Below, piece by piece: positions 1-13,359 of a stretch of 64,000 bases of DNA. The position numbers and the translations under genes are program-made. Position 1 is the stretch's first letter; every line of letters begins with the position of its first letter. The stretch lies in contig CAUYUJ010000048.1 in NCBI GenBank assembly GCA_963575745.1, positions 496,001-560,000 on the forward strand, in the 5' to 3' direction. This DNA comes from Prorocentrum cordatum (taxonomy: Eukaryota). The notes under the pieces were generated by a model, which saw only the letters and a list, made by a program, of their open reading frames with translations, had not been told where the DNA came from and did not search any database.

Positions 1-1079
1 GGCCCCCCCGGAAGACTCGGGCCCTTCCCTTGTTGGGCGTTGCGTCATCCGAGGCCTCCTAGCTGGGGTCCGAGCAGATGGGGTCAGAGGATCGCGCCGC
101 ATCGGCGATGCATCAACGATGCGGCTCGATGTGGAGCCCGTGTTTCCCCACGCCGGCGTCGCCGATGCATCGCCGATGCATCGCCGATACGTCGGAGATG
201 CATTGGCGATGCGGCGCGATCCTTCGACCCATTTACCATGAGGCGTCTAGTATTGGGGGAGGCGATAAAAAGAGGGGGGGAGAAGAATGATGCGCCTAAT
301 TATCGTGCACCTCAGGGACCCTACAGGGGCCCAAAAGGGGCGCGAAAGGCGTACGCTTCTTCGCCCAGCCGTGGACTGGCTTTTCTTCCTGTTGCGGGTC
401 TGGGGCCCAAGAGTCGATTACATGTAAGAGTGGCCCTTCGCCGCAGTGGCCTCTTGGTGCGGGCCCACCGGGGTCCCACGTTCGGTGGACGCGATGCGAG
501 GGCAGCGGCTTGCTTGCGCTTGGGTTCCCCTCCCCCCCTCGCGCTGCCCCTCGGGCCCCGCACCAGAGGTCACCCTTGCCTGGGAGACCACTCCTTGCGT
601 GCAGCCGAGAGCAGAGCAGCGCCCCCCGTGTAGGCCCTTCCGCTAGCGCAGACTGCCCCTGCCTCGCCGCCGACGCGAAAAGTGTATAGCCGAGAGCAGG
701 CCCCCTCTGGAGGCCGCAAGCTGTCGAACAGGTTCCGCGCGAGCTGTACGCGACGCGAGGGGTTCGGGGCATAGCTGACTGGCACAAGGCGATCGTTTTT
801 GTTGTTCATTGCTTTGCCGATCGGCGCGGGCCCTCGCACCTCCCCCCCCCTGGAGTAGATCTTGGCTGTTTTTTTGGGGCGCCTGTTTCGAGCAGGCGGA
901 GCCCCTCCCCCACAGGACGCAGTGTCGCAAACAGTCGCACTAAGCAGAGGTCCGGAGCCAGACCCCCCCCCGTCCCCCCCTCTTTAAAGGGGCCCACAAA
1001 CACACAAATAATTACTCCGACGGTAGGACCCCGCATGAGAATCTGTTTAGCTTACCCTTTGCCCTTTCCTCGCCCTCCT

Positions 1080-3060
1080 GGGGCTCCCGCCTGAGACTTC
1101 CTCGCAATTCACTCACAGACGAGGCTCCCGCTCGAGATTTCCTCCATACTCAAGTCTCAAGAGCCCAAAAGTGACGACAGTTACACGTTGCGGATGACCC
1201 GCTCGGATTCAAACATGAAGTGCGGGCCCCATAGGGAGGGGGCTCCCGCCTGAGACTTCCTCACAATTCACTCATCGACGAGGCTCCCGCTCGAGACTTC
1301 CTCCATATTCAAGTCTCAAGAGCTCAAAAGTGACGACAGTTGCTCGTTGCGGATGACCCGCTCGGATTCAAACATGAAGTGCGGGCCCCATAGGCAGGGG
1401 GCTCCCGCCTGAGACTTCCTTACAATTTACTCACAGACGAGGCTCCCGCCTGATACTTCCTCCATATTCAGGCCTCAAGAGCCCAAAAGTGACGACAGTT
1501 ACACGTTGCGGATGACCCGCTCGGATTCAAACATGAAGTGCGGGCCCCATAGGGAGGGGGCTCCCGCCTGAGACTTCTTCGCAATTCACTCACAGACGAG
1601 GCTCCCGGTCGAGACTTCCTTCACATTCAAGTTTCAAGAGCCCAAAAGTGACGACAGTTGCACGTTGCGGATGACCCGCTCGGATTCAAACATCAAGTGC
1701 GGGCCCCATAGGGAGGGGGCTCCCGCCTGAGACTTCCTCGCAATTCACTCACAGACGAGGCTCCCGCTCGAGACTTCCTCCATATTCAAGTCTCAAGAGC
1801 TCAAAAGTGACGACAGTTGCACGTTGCGGATGACCCGCTCGGATTCAAACATGAAGCGCGGGCCCCATAGGGAGGGGGCTCCCGCCTGAGACTTCCTCGC
1901 AATTCACTCACAGACGAGGCTCCCGCTCGAGACTTCCTCCATATTCATATCTCAATAGCCCAAAAGTGACGACAGTTGCACGTTGCGGATGACCCGCTCG
2001 GATTCAAACAGCCCCATAAGGAGGGGGCTCCCGCCTGAGACTTCCTCACAATTCACTCACAGACGAGGCTCCCGCTCGAGACTTCTTCTATACTCAAGTC
2101 TCCTGGGCCCAAAAGTGACGACTGTTGCACATTGCAGATGACCCGCTCGGATTCAAACATGAAGTGCGGGCCCCATAGGGAGGGGGCTCCCGCCTGAGAC
2201 TTCCTCACAATTCACTCACAAACGAGGCTCCCGCTCGAGACTTCCTCCATATTCAAGTCTCAGGAGCCCAAAAGTGACGACAGTTGCACGTTGCGGATGA
2301 CCCGCTCGGATTCAAACATCAAGTGCGGGCCCATAGGGAGGGGGCTCCCGCTTGAGACTGCCTCACAATTCACTCACAGACGAGGCTCCCGCTCGAGACT
2401 TCCTCCATATTCATATCTCAAGAGCCCAAAAGTGACGACAGTTGCACGTTGCGGATGACCCGCTCGGGTTCAAACATGAAGTGGGGGCCCCATAGGAAGG
2501 GGGCTCCCGCCTGAGACTTCCTCACAATTCGACTCACACTCACAGGTTCCCGCTCGAGACTTCCTCCATATTCAGGCCTCAAGAGCCCAAAAGTGACGAC
2601 AGTTGCACTTTGCGGATGACCCGCTCGGATTCAAACATGAAGCGCGGGCCCCATAGGGAGGGGGCTCCCGCCTGAGACTTCCTCGCAATTCACTCACAGA
2701 CGAGGCTCCCGCTCGAGACTTCCTCCATATTCATATTTCAAGAGCCCAGAAGTGACGACAGTTGCACGTTGCGGATGACCCGCTCGGATTCAAACATCAA
2801 GTGCGGGCCCCATAGGGAGGGGGTTCCCGCCTGAGACTTCCTCGCAATTCACTCACAGACGAGGTTCCCGCTCGAGACTTCTTTTATATTCAAGTCTCAA
2901 GAGCCCGAATGTGACGACAGTTGCACTTTGCGGATGACCCGCTCGGATTCAAACATGAAGCGGGGGCCCCATAGGGAGGGGGCTCCCGCCTGAGACTTCC
3001 TCGCGATTCACTCACAGACGAGGCTCCCGCTCGAGACTTCCTCCATATTCAGGCCTCAAG
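1080..3060. repeat. Tandem satellite, 159-bp unit, ~12.5 copies
   Basis: Unit anchor (CTCCCGCCTGAGACTT or variant) recurs at 1084, 1243, 1402, 1561, 1720, 1879, 2028, 2187, 2345, 2504, 2665, 2824 and 2983. One unit carries a 10-bp deletion. Confidence 0.97.
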
Positions 3061-3787
3061 TCAGCGAGTAGTGATGATGATGATGATGATCGTTCGATGC
3101 CGATGATGGTGAGTGATCGTGGGATGGTGATGGTGATGCTGATGGTGATGATGATGATGAGTGGGGAGTGATGGTGATGGTGATGATGATGCGGAGGAGG
3201 AAGCAAAGAGGAGCAGAGGAGAGGGAGGAGGAGGAGGAGGAGGAGAGATCCTGCGCGGAGGGTGTGCAGAGAAAACAAGAACCCCACCCAGGATGTGGGG
3301 AAATACACACACATAAAATAATTACCCATCTTTTCCTATATTTTCTGGGTTTTCGTCTTCGCACCCACTTCCCATATTTTCCAGTATTTTCTGGGGAATC
3401 GACGATTAATTGTGTCTGTGTGTTTTTTCCCCTCCCCCCTCTTCGCTCAATGTCGACACGCCGAATAAAAGAAAGTTCGCAAGTTCGGGGCGCCGCGCCG
3501 GCCTCCAGCAAGACGTCCGGGCTGCGGCGTCTGGACGTGGCGCTCGCAGGGCCTGCGCGCTCGCGCTGCGGTGCCAGCGTTTAAGGCAGGCGTGCCCCTC
3601 TACAGGAGAGATGTTCAAACCTTCTGTTAAAACATAGGCTGGGGACGATGTTTCGATCATTATTGTTTTTGTTCAGTCTTCTGGGGTGTTTTCGTTCGTC
3701 TTTACTTTGTTCTCGAACATCTGCCTGTCGGAGGACGTGCCCGACCTAGTGCCAGTGATCGGGGGCGGACCTGGCCCTCAGTTCTAG

Positions 3788-3852
3788 GAGTTGGAAGCGC
3801 ACCGCCACCACCTGGTGGGTGCAGGATGAGCTGCTCTGCGGGGTGCACATGG
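3788..3852 (+). CDS. Putative exon of multi-exon host gene (SWKRTATTWWVQDELLCGVHM)
   Basis: ttctag|G acceptor, G|gc donor, unique sequence, phase 2->1, joins the next exon in frame. Confidence 0.45.
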
Positions 3853-3934
3853 GCATGATGTATCTCGAGAGCGCCCGAAACGGTATACATCACCACCACC
3901 ACATTTTCTGACCACCTGCTATTTCAACCTTCAG

Positions 3935-4032
3935 GTGGTGGCGCGGTGCGTCTCATTTTCTCTACCGGGTCGCTCGTCCCAGAAGAGCCGGCGGGGCAGC
4001 AGCTTGTCCACAGCGCCGACACCTCTCTGGAG
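3935..4032 (+). CDS. Putative exon (GGGAVRLIFSTGSLVPEEPAGQQLVHSADTSLE)
   Basis: ccttcag|G acceptor, GAG|gc donor, phase 1->0. Confidence 0.5.
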
Positions 4033-4146
4033 GCCCGTTGCCGGGCCCCGGCTGGGAAGTCGTCGAGCGCTGCGTCGGCAGAGTGCTGAGCACACCCCTG
4101 CGTGGGACGTCCGGGGAGCCGGTGCGGGGCAGGGCCGGACCTCCAG

Positions 4147-4196
4147 GCCTCGGGCGCCGACCTCCAGCCAGGGGGGCGCAGTGGGGAGGGCCCGAG
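4147..4196 (+). CDS. Putative exon (ASGADLQPGGRSGEGPR)
   Basis: ctccag|G acceptor, AG|gt donor, phase 0->2. An alternative donor near 4263 is possible. Confidence 0.35.
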
Positions 4197-4673
4197 GTCC
4201 GTGCAGGCCTGAGCTGAGGAGCAGCCGGCCGCCGTGTTCTGTTCCCGTGGCGGATGATCCGAGGTATAGTCAACCCGCACAGGAAGGACGGGCAGCCTTC
4301 CCAAGGGGGCCCTTGCATCCTTGCCTCCTCGGTGCATCCTTGGCCACTTTCGTTGGTCGCGCCCCGCTCGAAAACTTCGAAATGGGCTTCCAAGGGCCTT
4401 GCATCCTTATCGCGCAGCCTTACTCCACGGGTTCACTGAAGCGTCCGGATGCCAGCGCAGTGGTTCTCATGGGCGTGTCGTCCTCCTGTCTCTCTTCGTG
4501 CTTACGTTGCGTTGTCGCCCTCGCGGGCAGGTGTGCCTTGGAGGAGGAGGAGGAGAAGGAGGAGGAGGAGGAGGAGGAGGAGGAGGAGGGGGAGGGGGAG
4601 GAGGAGGAGGAGGCAGGGCATTCTCAGTGCGTGGCGCGCATCGAGCAGGCATGGGTCAGTCTTGAGTCCCCAG

Positions 4674-4766
4674 GGCGGCGACGGCCGCTTCGCGAAGCCA
4701 TGCGCAGTCACTGGTGGTACTCTGCAGTTCAAGCAGAGGAGACGTGGCTGGCGTGGGCGGCATCAG
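4674..4766 (+). CDS. Putative exon (AATAASRSHAQSLVVLCSSSRGDVAGVGGIR)
   Basis: ccccag|G acceptor, AG|gc donor, 93 nt. All three frames are open; phase 2->2 chosen to fit neighbours. Confidence 0.45.
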
Positions 4767-5629
4767 GCCGGGGAGTGCGAGAGACACGCGGCCGCCAGAG
4801 TGAGGGACGCGGACAGGGGCCGAGAAGGCTTGGACAGCCGAGTTTCGACCCGCGTTCGTGCCAGAATACTAGAAATAGATCTCCCCCTCCCCGCTCCTCC
4901 CCCTCCTGCCCCCCCCCCCTCAAGGGTCGCCCCCTGGAGTCCCCTTCAGAGGCCCCCAGGAAGCCCAATACAAAAACTGGTCCTTGAAGCTCGATCCTCG
5001 GACCTCAGCTCACCCCCTCCCCCCGAACGGCGTGACCTTCACGGTCCCGCGATCGGGGTTTTTTGGTCCCAGGGTGGCGGGAAAGTTCACACCTCCGTTT
5101 TGCCACCGTGCAGGTGTAAACTCCCAGCCGCACTGGGACAGGCGCCCTTGGTCGCGAACACGTTGATTCCGCTCGCCTTGCGGGGTGCAAGTCTGGCGCA
5201 CGTTAAAGACGTGGGCGTTGGGTGGTCTGCCGTGCTCGTCTGCCGAGCAGTTCTGCCGTGTCGTTCTGCCCGCCCCCGGGCGCTGCCAGCGCCACGGGGG
5301 GCGGATGCCCCCCCCCTCGTTTCGGCGCCAGGGCGCGCGTGGGAATTTTTCACGAGGGCGAGGAGCTTTTTTTCCGCGTGTCAGCACAAGGCAGTGCCGA
5401 GCTCAAGTCCCGCTGAGCATATAGCAACACCGCGCAATGCGTATACGCACTTCGGCGGGCCTCTTGGTGGTTTCTGCGGGCCGTTCGGTGTCTTGATTGC
5501 GTGTTGCGTCTTCGTTCTGGATAGAGCGCTGCGGTCGCGACCTGCCTTCCCGCCCCCCCTTCTTCTCTCGTCCCTGCTGCCTCTTACCTCGCTCCTTCCT
5601 GCCAGCCAGCTTGCCTCATACCTGGCCAT

Positions 5630-6468
5630 CTCCGTGGGCTTGCGATCTGCGACGCTGGGGGGTCCGGCGGAGCGAGGCACTACTCAGACTCATATTAGAC
5701 TTCGCCATCCCTGGGGGGCGACGAACTGCGGAACGGTCGCCATTCTCGAGGGCTGCCGAGGGGCCCAGCTGAGTTAGGCACCACCCAGTCTCAGATTAGA
5801 GGGGTTGCGATCTGCGAAACATTCGCCCCTTTCGAGGGCTGCTGGAGCTCAGCGGAGTGAGGCACCACCCAGATTCAGATTAGATCTCGCCATCCTTGGG
5901 GGGCTGCGATCCGCAAAGCTGTCGCCACTGTCGAGGGCTGCTGGTGGGTGCAGCGGAGTGAGGCACCACCCAGATTCAGATTCGACCTCGACATCCCTGG
6001 GGGTCTGCGATCTGCGAAACATTCGCCACTTTCGAGGGCTGCTGGGGGGTGCAGCGGAGTGAGGCACCACCCAGATGTAGATTCGACCTCGACATCCCTG
6101 GGGGTCTGCGATCTGCGAAACATTCGCCGCCATTTTCAAGGGCTGCTGGGGGGTCCAGCGGAGTGAGGCACCACCCAGATGCAGATTATACATCGCCATC
6201 ACTGGGGGGCTTCGATCTGCAAAGCTGTCGCCACTGTCGAGGGCTGCGGGAGGGTCCAGCGGAGTGAGGCACTACCCAGACTCAGATTATGCATCGCCAT
6301 CCCTGTGGGGTTGCGATCTGCGAAACTGCCGCCACTTTCGAAGGCTGCTGGGGGTCTGGCGGAGTGAGGCATCACCCAGATTCGTATTAGACCTCGACGT
6401 CCCTGGGGGGGTGCGATCTGCGAAACCGTCGCCATTTTCGAGGGCTGCTGGGGGGTCCAGCGGAGTGA
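5630..6468. repeat. Tandem repeat, ~101-bp unit, ~8 copies
   Basis: AGCGGAGTGAGGCAC at 5851, 5952, 6053, 6157 and 6258, with further diverged copies on either side. Confidence 0.9.
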
Positions 6469-6799
6469 AGACTTACGCGGACCACCAGGAGACCTTGCCA
6501 GCCCTGGGGTCCAGCTGGGTGACGAAGTTGTTTCGAGTTCGGCGTCGTCCGGAAGGAAACAGAGAAGCTGGAGGCCGAGCTAGGTCTCGCTCACTTCTTG
6601 CACTACTTATAAGCAGGTTTATTATTTTTGTTTCGAGCGCCGCGGCGACATGGCCCTGGCAGCGCTGCAGCTGTACCGTACGGCCGACAAAAGCAACATC
6701 CTTCGGTCTCCTCCCGTCACTTTCGTCGTCGTTCTCTGCTCCTTGCCACCTTCCCTCTGCTTCTGCCGCCTTCACGGTTCGGCCCCCCACGCGTGCTTC

Positions 6800-6975
6800 T
6801 CTTGCTCTTCGTTCCTCAAGCCTGGGCCTTCGCTCCTCGTCCTTCTGTCGTTGTCCTGTGAATCGTGCTACGTGGGCGCATCCCATGTACCTTCCACAGT
6901 ATTTGACGGCGCTTGCACTGTCAAGAACTTGGCAAGTTTGGGCCAGCTCCTCTTGTCACCCAGCGCACATGGATT
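6800..6975 (-). mobile_element. Possible Ty1/copia RT remnant
   Basis: Frameshifted SWPKLAKFLTVQAPS / GRYMGCAH resembles the copia W..L...L....P...GRYLGC.H segment. Confidence 0.3.
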
Positions 6976-7924
6976 AGGTACGTCACAGGGTAGTGCCGGG
7001 CATGCTGGAGGCGTCTTGGGGGCCCCAGGAAACCTCTTGGGGCCCCTTTGGGGCCTCTTGGGGGCCTCTTGGGCTGTTTTGGGGCGCTCTTGCGCCCCGT
7101 CCTGTGGGCCTCTCGCGGCCGCCTTGGAGCTCTCTTGGGGTTCTCTTGGGCCGTCTTGGGGTCTCTTGGACCGCCTCGCGGGGCTTCTGTGGGCTATCTT
7201 GGGGCCCTCTTGGGCCGTAGTGGGGCCCTCCTGGGAGCTTCTTGGGCCGTTGTGGGACTATTTGGATGCTGCTTGGGCCATCATGGGAGTCGACAAGGGC
7301 GAAAACGTTAGAATCACTCCAACCACCTACAGAACATACATGATTTTGGCCTCTGTAGGCGCTCTTTTGGGTTCTCTTGGGGCTTTCTTGAGCTGGGCCT
7401 CATGGGCTCTTTTGGGGACATCTTGGGCATTTTGGGCGCCGTATTGTCGGGTTTCGAGGCCATCTTGAGCCATCTTGAGGCCCTTTTGGTTTCTCTAGAG
7501 GCCCAGGAGCCCGAAATACTATATTTGCCATTGGTTTTTCGTTGCATGTTGGGCCGTGTGGTGTCCTTCCCGGCCGTCTTGGGGCCCTCTTCGGGGCCTC
7601 TGGGGTCGTCTTGGGGGCCATCTTGGAGGCTGCTTGGGCCGTCATGGGCCCCCGAGAGTCGAAATGGGCGAGAACGCGAAAATCCTTCAAACCAACGGAC
7701 AATCAATGTTTTTCGCCTCTGGAGGTGCTCTTTGGGGCCCCCTTGGGGCTCTGTGGGGCTCGGAGGCTTTTTGGATCCTCTTGGGGCCACCTTGGGCCGT
7801 CTTGGGACCGTTTTGGTCCGTCTCGGGGCAGTCGTGGGCCGTCTTGAGGCCATCTTGGGCTCCCAGGAGGCCCAAGATGTCCAGTTTCCACCGGATGTGA
7901 GGGGACGAAATCGCATTCGAAAGG

Positions 7925-9900
7925 AGAGCCCCCCACCTGGAAATCGGTTTCGTGTTCGTGTCGTGCGAGCGGTCGAGGCGAAGCTGCGTGGGCACGCGCG
8001 AGGAATGGTGCCGCCGTGGCTAGGGGCTGTGGTGCCGGTTGTCCGTTCCTCCCCCCCCTGGCGCGTGGTGGCCCGGGGTGTCCCGTCGGTGGCGCGGGGG
8101 TGTCCCGTCCGCGTCCCGTCGGTGGCGCGGCGGTGTCCCGTCGGTGGCGTGGGATGTCCCGTCGGTGGCGCGGCGGTGTCCCGACGGTGGCGCGGGATGT
8201 CCCGTCGGCTGCGCGGCGGTGAGATCTGACGTGAAATTGGTAGTGAGGTCGATTGTGTGATATCTGTTGTGAGATCGGCAGTGAGATCTGTCGTGAGATC
8301 GATGGTGGGATCTGTTGTGGCATCGATCGTGGGATCTGTCGTGAGATCGATGATGGGATCTTTCGTGAGATCTACACTGGGATCGGCAGCGATGACGATA
8401 CTGAAATCGATCGTGTGACATTGATAGTGGGCCCGAAGGTACAAGAGTGAGTTCAACTGACAGATCGATGATCAGATCGATTGGAGATCGATGGCGGGAT
8501 ATGTTGTGAGATCGCTTGTTAGACCGATAGTGCGTTCGATGGTCAAATCGATAGTGAGGTCGATTGAGAGATGGATCGTTGGATCTGACGTGGAATCGAT
8601 AGTGAGATCGATTGTGAAGTCGATAATGACATCGATAGTGAGATCGCTCGTGAGATCTATATTGGGATCGACAGTGAGACCGATAGTGAGATGGATTGTG
8701 AGATCGATTGCGAGATCGACCATAAGACCAATAGTGAGATCGCTGGTGAGATCCATTCTGATATCGGTAGTGAGACCGATCGTGAGGATGGTTGTGAGAT
8801 CGATAGTGGGCCCGAATGTAAGATCGATGTTGAGCCCGATTGTGAGATCGATTGGGAGATCGATAGTGCAATACGTTGTAAGATCGATGGTCCAATTGTT
8901 GTGAGATCGATTGGGAGATCGACAGTAGGATCTGTTGTGAGACCGACAGTGAAATCAATAGTGATATCCATTGGGAGATCGAGAGTTTGATCGATGTGAG
9001 ATCGATTGAATGAGACGTTGGTTCCCCATCTCCCCCCCCGAACCACCATATCACCCCAAGTGTGGTCGTATAGGGCTACGTGTTGGCTGGAGGTGAGGGG
9101 TTGAGATCGCAGTGGAACGGAGAGCCCCCCACCTGGAAATTGGTTTCGGTTTCGTGTTCGTGTCGTGCGTGCGGTCGAGGCGAAGCTGCGCGGGCACGCG
9201 CGAGGAATGGTGCCGCCGTGGCTAGGGGGCTGTGGTGCCAATTGCCCGTTCCTCTCCCCCCTGGCGCGTGTTGGCCCGGGGTGTCCCGTCGGTGGCGCGA
9301 GGTGTCCCGCGTCGGTGGCGCGGCGGTGTCCCGTCGGTGGCGCGGGGTTTCCCGCGCGGGCGCAAGGTGTCCCGCGCGGTGGCGCGGGGTGTCGATGAGA
9401 TCGATCGTGAGATCGATAATTTAGTGAGATCTGTCGTGAGATCGATTGTGAGATCGATGGGGAGATCCGCTGTGAGATCGATAGTGTTATCGCTTGTGAG
9501 ATCTATAGTGGAACCGTCAGTGAGATCGATTGTGAGATCGATTTTGAGATCAATAGTGAGATCGATAGTGAGATCGATTGTGGGATCGATAGTTTGCTCC
9601 ATAGGGAGAACTGTTGTGAGATCGATGAGGAGATCGATTATCAGATCGATGGCGAGTTGGATTGGAGATCCGTAGTGAGATCTGTGGTTAGATCAATCGT
9701 GAGATCTGTTGTGATAGTGAGTTCGATTTTGGATCGATGATAACATCGATTATGAGATCGATCGTGAGATCAGTTGTGAGATCGATTGTGAGATCGACCG
9801 TGAGATCTGTTGTGAGATCAACAGGTACATCGATAGTGAGATCGATCGAATGAGACATTGGTCCCCCCTCCCCCCCGCACCTCGGTATCACCCGAAGGGT
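7925..9900. repeat. Duplicated module: GC-rich GTCCCGTCGGTGGCGCG array followed by 12-bp (GTGAGATCGATT) minisatellite
   Basis: Module heads at ~7925 and ~9121; 12-mer arrays at ~8219-9010 and ~9395-9850; inverted relative at ~53500-53780. Confidence 0.9.
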
Positions 9901-10134
9901 GGTCGTACAGGTACGTTTTTGGTCCCCAGAATGAGGGTCGGAAAATTGGTACGCATATGAGGCGCGACTCCAGGGGTGGGCTAGGGGGAGACGTAATGAT
10001 TGAACATGATTCTACATTAAGCAATTATTACGCATTCGTTGGATACATGAACTCATTGCATTGCGGCGTTCGCCGAAAGCCGCTGCCCTTCTGGGCAGGG
10101 ATTCAAGAGGCTTGCGCCATTCCGCCAAGCCCAG

Positions 10135-10214
10135 GAGGAATCTGGCGGTGGTGGTGAGGACAGCGTCGATGAAGTACTGGCCGACGAAGACGTCCGCGGG
10201 TGAGGCCGTGCAGG
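10135..10214 (+). CDS. Putative exon (RNLAVVVRTASMKYWPTKTSAGEAVQ)
   Basis: cccag|G acceptor, CAGG|gc donor, phase 2->1, unique GC3-rich island. Confidence 0.5.
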
Positions 10215-11574
10215 GCACTAGGTTGGGAGTGTCTGGATGTCGTCTGGACCCGCCGATGGGCTGGTTGGAGCTATAGACCGTTGGCGAGCCGAATATGGGC
10301 GTTCCGGGATCCTTTTCTGAGCCGTCCACTCGAGGGAGGGCGCAGCCTGAGGAGTAAAAGGGAAACGAGAAGTGAAGAAAACGAGGAATGCAACTCTGTG
10401 GGTTGCATATTGAGGAACCTTGCAGCTCGTATGCGGTGCCACCAGGATGACGATGGTGGTTGTGATTAGGATGATGGGGAGGACGACGACGTAATGGACG
10501 ATGAAGAAGTGCACATTGCCTCCTGGGGACCACTTGAGGACCACTTGGGGACCACTTTGGAGCCTCTTGGGGACCACTTGGGGGCCTGTTTTGGGCCTTC
10601 TCGGGGCCTCTTTCGGCCTTCTCGGGCGCCTGCTGACGGTGTCGGGGTCCCTTTTGGGCGGAGGGTTCGGAATGTCAGCTTGAGCTACCCACTTTGGGCC
10701 CTCTGGGGCTGTCTTGATCGACTCTTGGGCAGTCTTGAGGCCTCCTTGGGGGCGTCTTGGTACGTCTTGGAGCGATCTTGGCGGCCTCCTGAGCAGTCTT
10801 GGACGCAGTTGAGGCAAAGAGGCGACCATGTCAAAACTATGCGTTTCCCGTAAGGATTGGGACGATGGTTGCTTCGTGGGACCTTCTTGGGGTCTTCTTG
10901 GAGCCTTCTTGGCGCGTCTGGGAGGCCATCGTGGTTGTGTTCGAACTCTCCTCGGCGTGTTGGAGCCCAGCTTGCGCCAGCCGAGATGGCATCATGGGCA
11001 TCTGGAAGGCCACGGAGTTTAGGTTTGGAGGCTCAGGAGGCCCTGGGGTTGCGTCGAGGAGCCCGCCCTCCCCCCCGCCCCCTGGAGATGCAATTCTGGA
11101 GCCCTGGGGGGGAGGAGGCCCAATGTTTCAGTCGCCCTTTCGACCCCGGCAGGTGGGGGTCGGCGGACGCTGTACCGTTCACCGAGCGCGCTCCATTGCT
11201 CACAAAGTGCCTCCTCGCAAACGCTAGGACAAATCATGCGATGTACCCCGATGTAACGCATCATCATGAATCACCCACGGCGGATCCAGGGCATTTGCGA
11301 GTAGATACCCTGCGCATAGTGGAACGCGCTGGTCGAACCGCTCGAGCAGGAGCTCCCGCGAAAAGCACGAATTCTTTACGCTTCGCGTATCCCCACCAGC
11401 CCAGCTCACAACAGCAACTCTTGCGAAGCATGCCGACAGTCGTGTTTTTCAGGCGTGTTTCCGCTTGCCCCCGCATATCTCCCCTGTTCCTCCTTCCTCC
11501 CGCCTCCTTGTACATCCTCCTCGTGGGGGGAGCGGGAGAAGGACGAGGCGGAGGAGGAGGGAGAGAAAGCGCTC

Positions 11575-12000
11575 CTCGTGGTTTGAGTCGTTTGGAGTTT
11601 CTCGTCCTGGTGTGAGTCGTTCGGGCCCTTCTTCCTGGTGTGAGTCGTTCGGGCTCTTCGTGGTGTGAGTCGTTCGGGCTCTTCGTTCTGGTGTGAGTCG
11701 TTCGGGCTTCTCGTGGTGTGAGTTGTTCGGGCCCCTCGTCCTGGTGTGAGTCGTTCGGGCCCCTCCTCCTGGTGTGACTCGTTCGGGCTCCTCGTGGTGT
11801 GAGTCGTTCGGGGCCCTCGTCGTGGTGTGAGTCGTTCGGGCTCCTCGTGGTGTGAGTCGTTCGGGCGCCTCGTCCTGGTGTGAGTCGTTCGGGCCCCTCC
11901 TTCTGGTGTGAGTCGTTCGGGCTCTTCGTGGTGTGAGTCGTTCGGGCCCCTCGTCCTGGTGTGAGTCGTTCGGGCTCCTCGTGGCGTGAGGCGTTCGGGC
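11575..12000. repeat. Minisatellite (24-28-bp units, core GGTGTGAGTCGTTCGGGC)
   Basis: About 16 near-identical tandem cores with short variable linkers. Confidence 0.92.
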
Positions 12001-12923
12001 ACCTCGTCCCCTTTTGGGGCGTCTTGGGGGCCTCTTGGCGGCCCCAGGGGCTTCTAGGAGCGTCTTGGGTGCCTTGGGGGAGCCTCTTCGGGCCTCTTGG
12101 GAGCCTCTTGGAGGCCGTTTGGGGCGTCTTGGGGGCCTCTTGGCGGCCCCAGGGGCTTCCAGGAGCGTCTTGGGTGCCTCGGGGGAGCCTCTTGGGGCCT
12201 CTTGGGGGCCTCTTGGGGGCATCTTGGGGGCCTCTTGGAGGCCTCTTGGGGGCCTCCTGGGGGCCTCTTGGGGCCATCTTGGGGCCTCTTGGTGCCCCCT
12301 GGGCGCTTCTTGGGGCCATCTTGGAGGGAATCGATCACAGAAGAGGGGAGCTTTAATGAGCGCTGCCCCCTCAGAAGGGCAAAATGGGGCCAAAACCTTC
12401 GTAAAATCAATGATTTTGCCTTGAAAGAAGAGGGGAGCTTTAATGAGCGCTGCCCCCTCAGAAGGCCAAAATGGGGCCAAAACCATAGTAAAATCAATGA
12501 TTTTGGCTTCAAAGAAGAGGAGAGGGGTTTTTCTGCCTCCCCCCGTCGGGGCCAGAATCCTCGTGAGGGGTGTCGTTTTTTAGCCCTCCCAGGAGTCGAA
12601 AATGACCCCCCTGACGACCCGCGAGGCGCCCTCTCCAGGCCCAGGGGGAGGGGGTAGGGGGAGGGGTAAGCCCCTCCCCGAAGGGGAAGAAGGGGGGTTG
12701 AGAACAGAGAGAGCTCGCTAAACCACTCACGCCCAAAGGGCTGGTGGGATTATGCGGTAGATAATTGTTGTAGTCGATCTCATATTCGAAACGCTCTTAG
12801 CTTGCAATGGTTTCTCCCACGGACGGCGCCGCAGGGCGGCACGATGGCGGCTCCCGGCGAGGCGGCGGCCTTCAGGCCGCGGCCGCCGCGGCGAAGCGCC
12901 CTGCCCGCACCGACGACGACAAC

Positions 12924-12977
<54 letters not shown>

Positions 12978-13063
12978 CCCGACGCCGACGCAGACGCCGA
13001 CGCCGACGCCGATGTCGACCCCCACGCCGATGCCGACGACGACGGCGACGACGAATACGACGA

Positions 13064-13095
<32 letters not shown>

Positions 13096-13359
13096 ACGAC
13101 GACCACGGCAGCGGCGGCGGCCGCTGGCGTTGACCCCGAGCAGTCTTTTGTATCGCGCTCTCGCTGGGCATTCCGTTTGCTCACTCTTCTTTGCGATCGT
13201 CCTTCTTGTTCTCTTCCCCTCGGTCGGTCATTGTGCTTGATTTCCTCGTCGTAGTCCTCCTGCTCCCTATCGCTATCCTCCTCGCCCTCAACGTTGTCCT
13301 GGTCATTTGCCCAACGAGCCCAACGCACAGAAGCGGCTCTTCCCGTTCTTATCCGCCAG

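Noticed and set aside
1080..3060. CRISPR-like array
   Set aside because: Sequences between the short repeats are themselves repeated, there are no unique spacers or cas genes, and the context is eukaryotic.
11575..12000. CRISPR-like array or repeat protein
   Set aside because: Linkers are only 6-10 nt and non-unique; unit lengths shift the frame.
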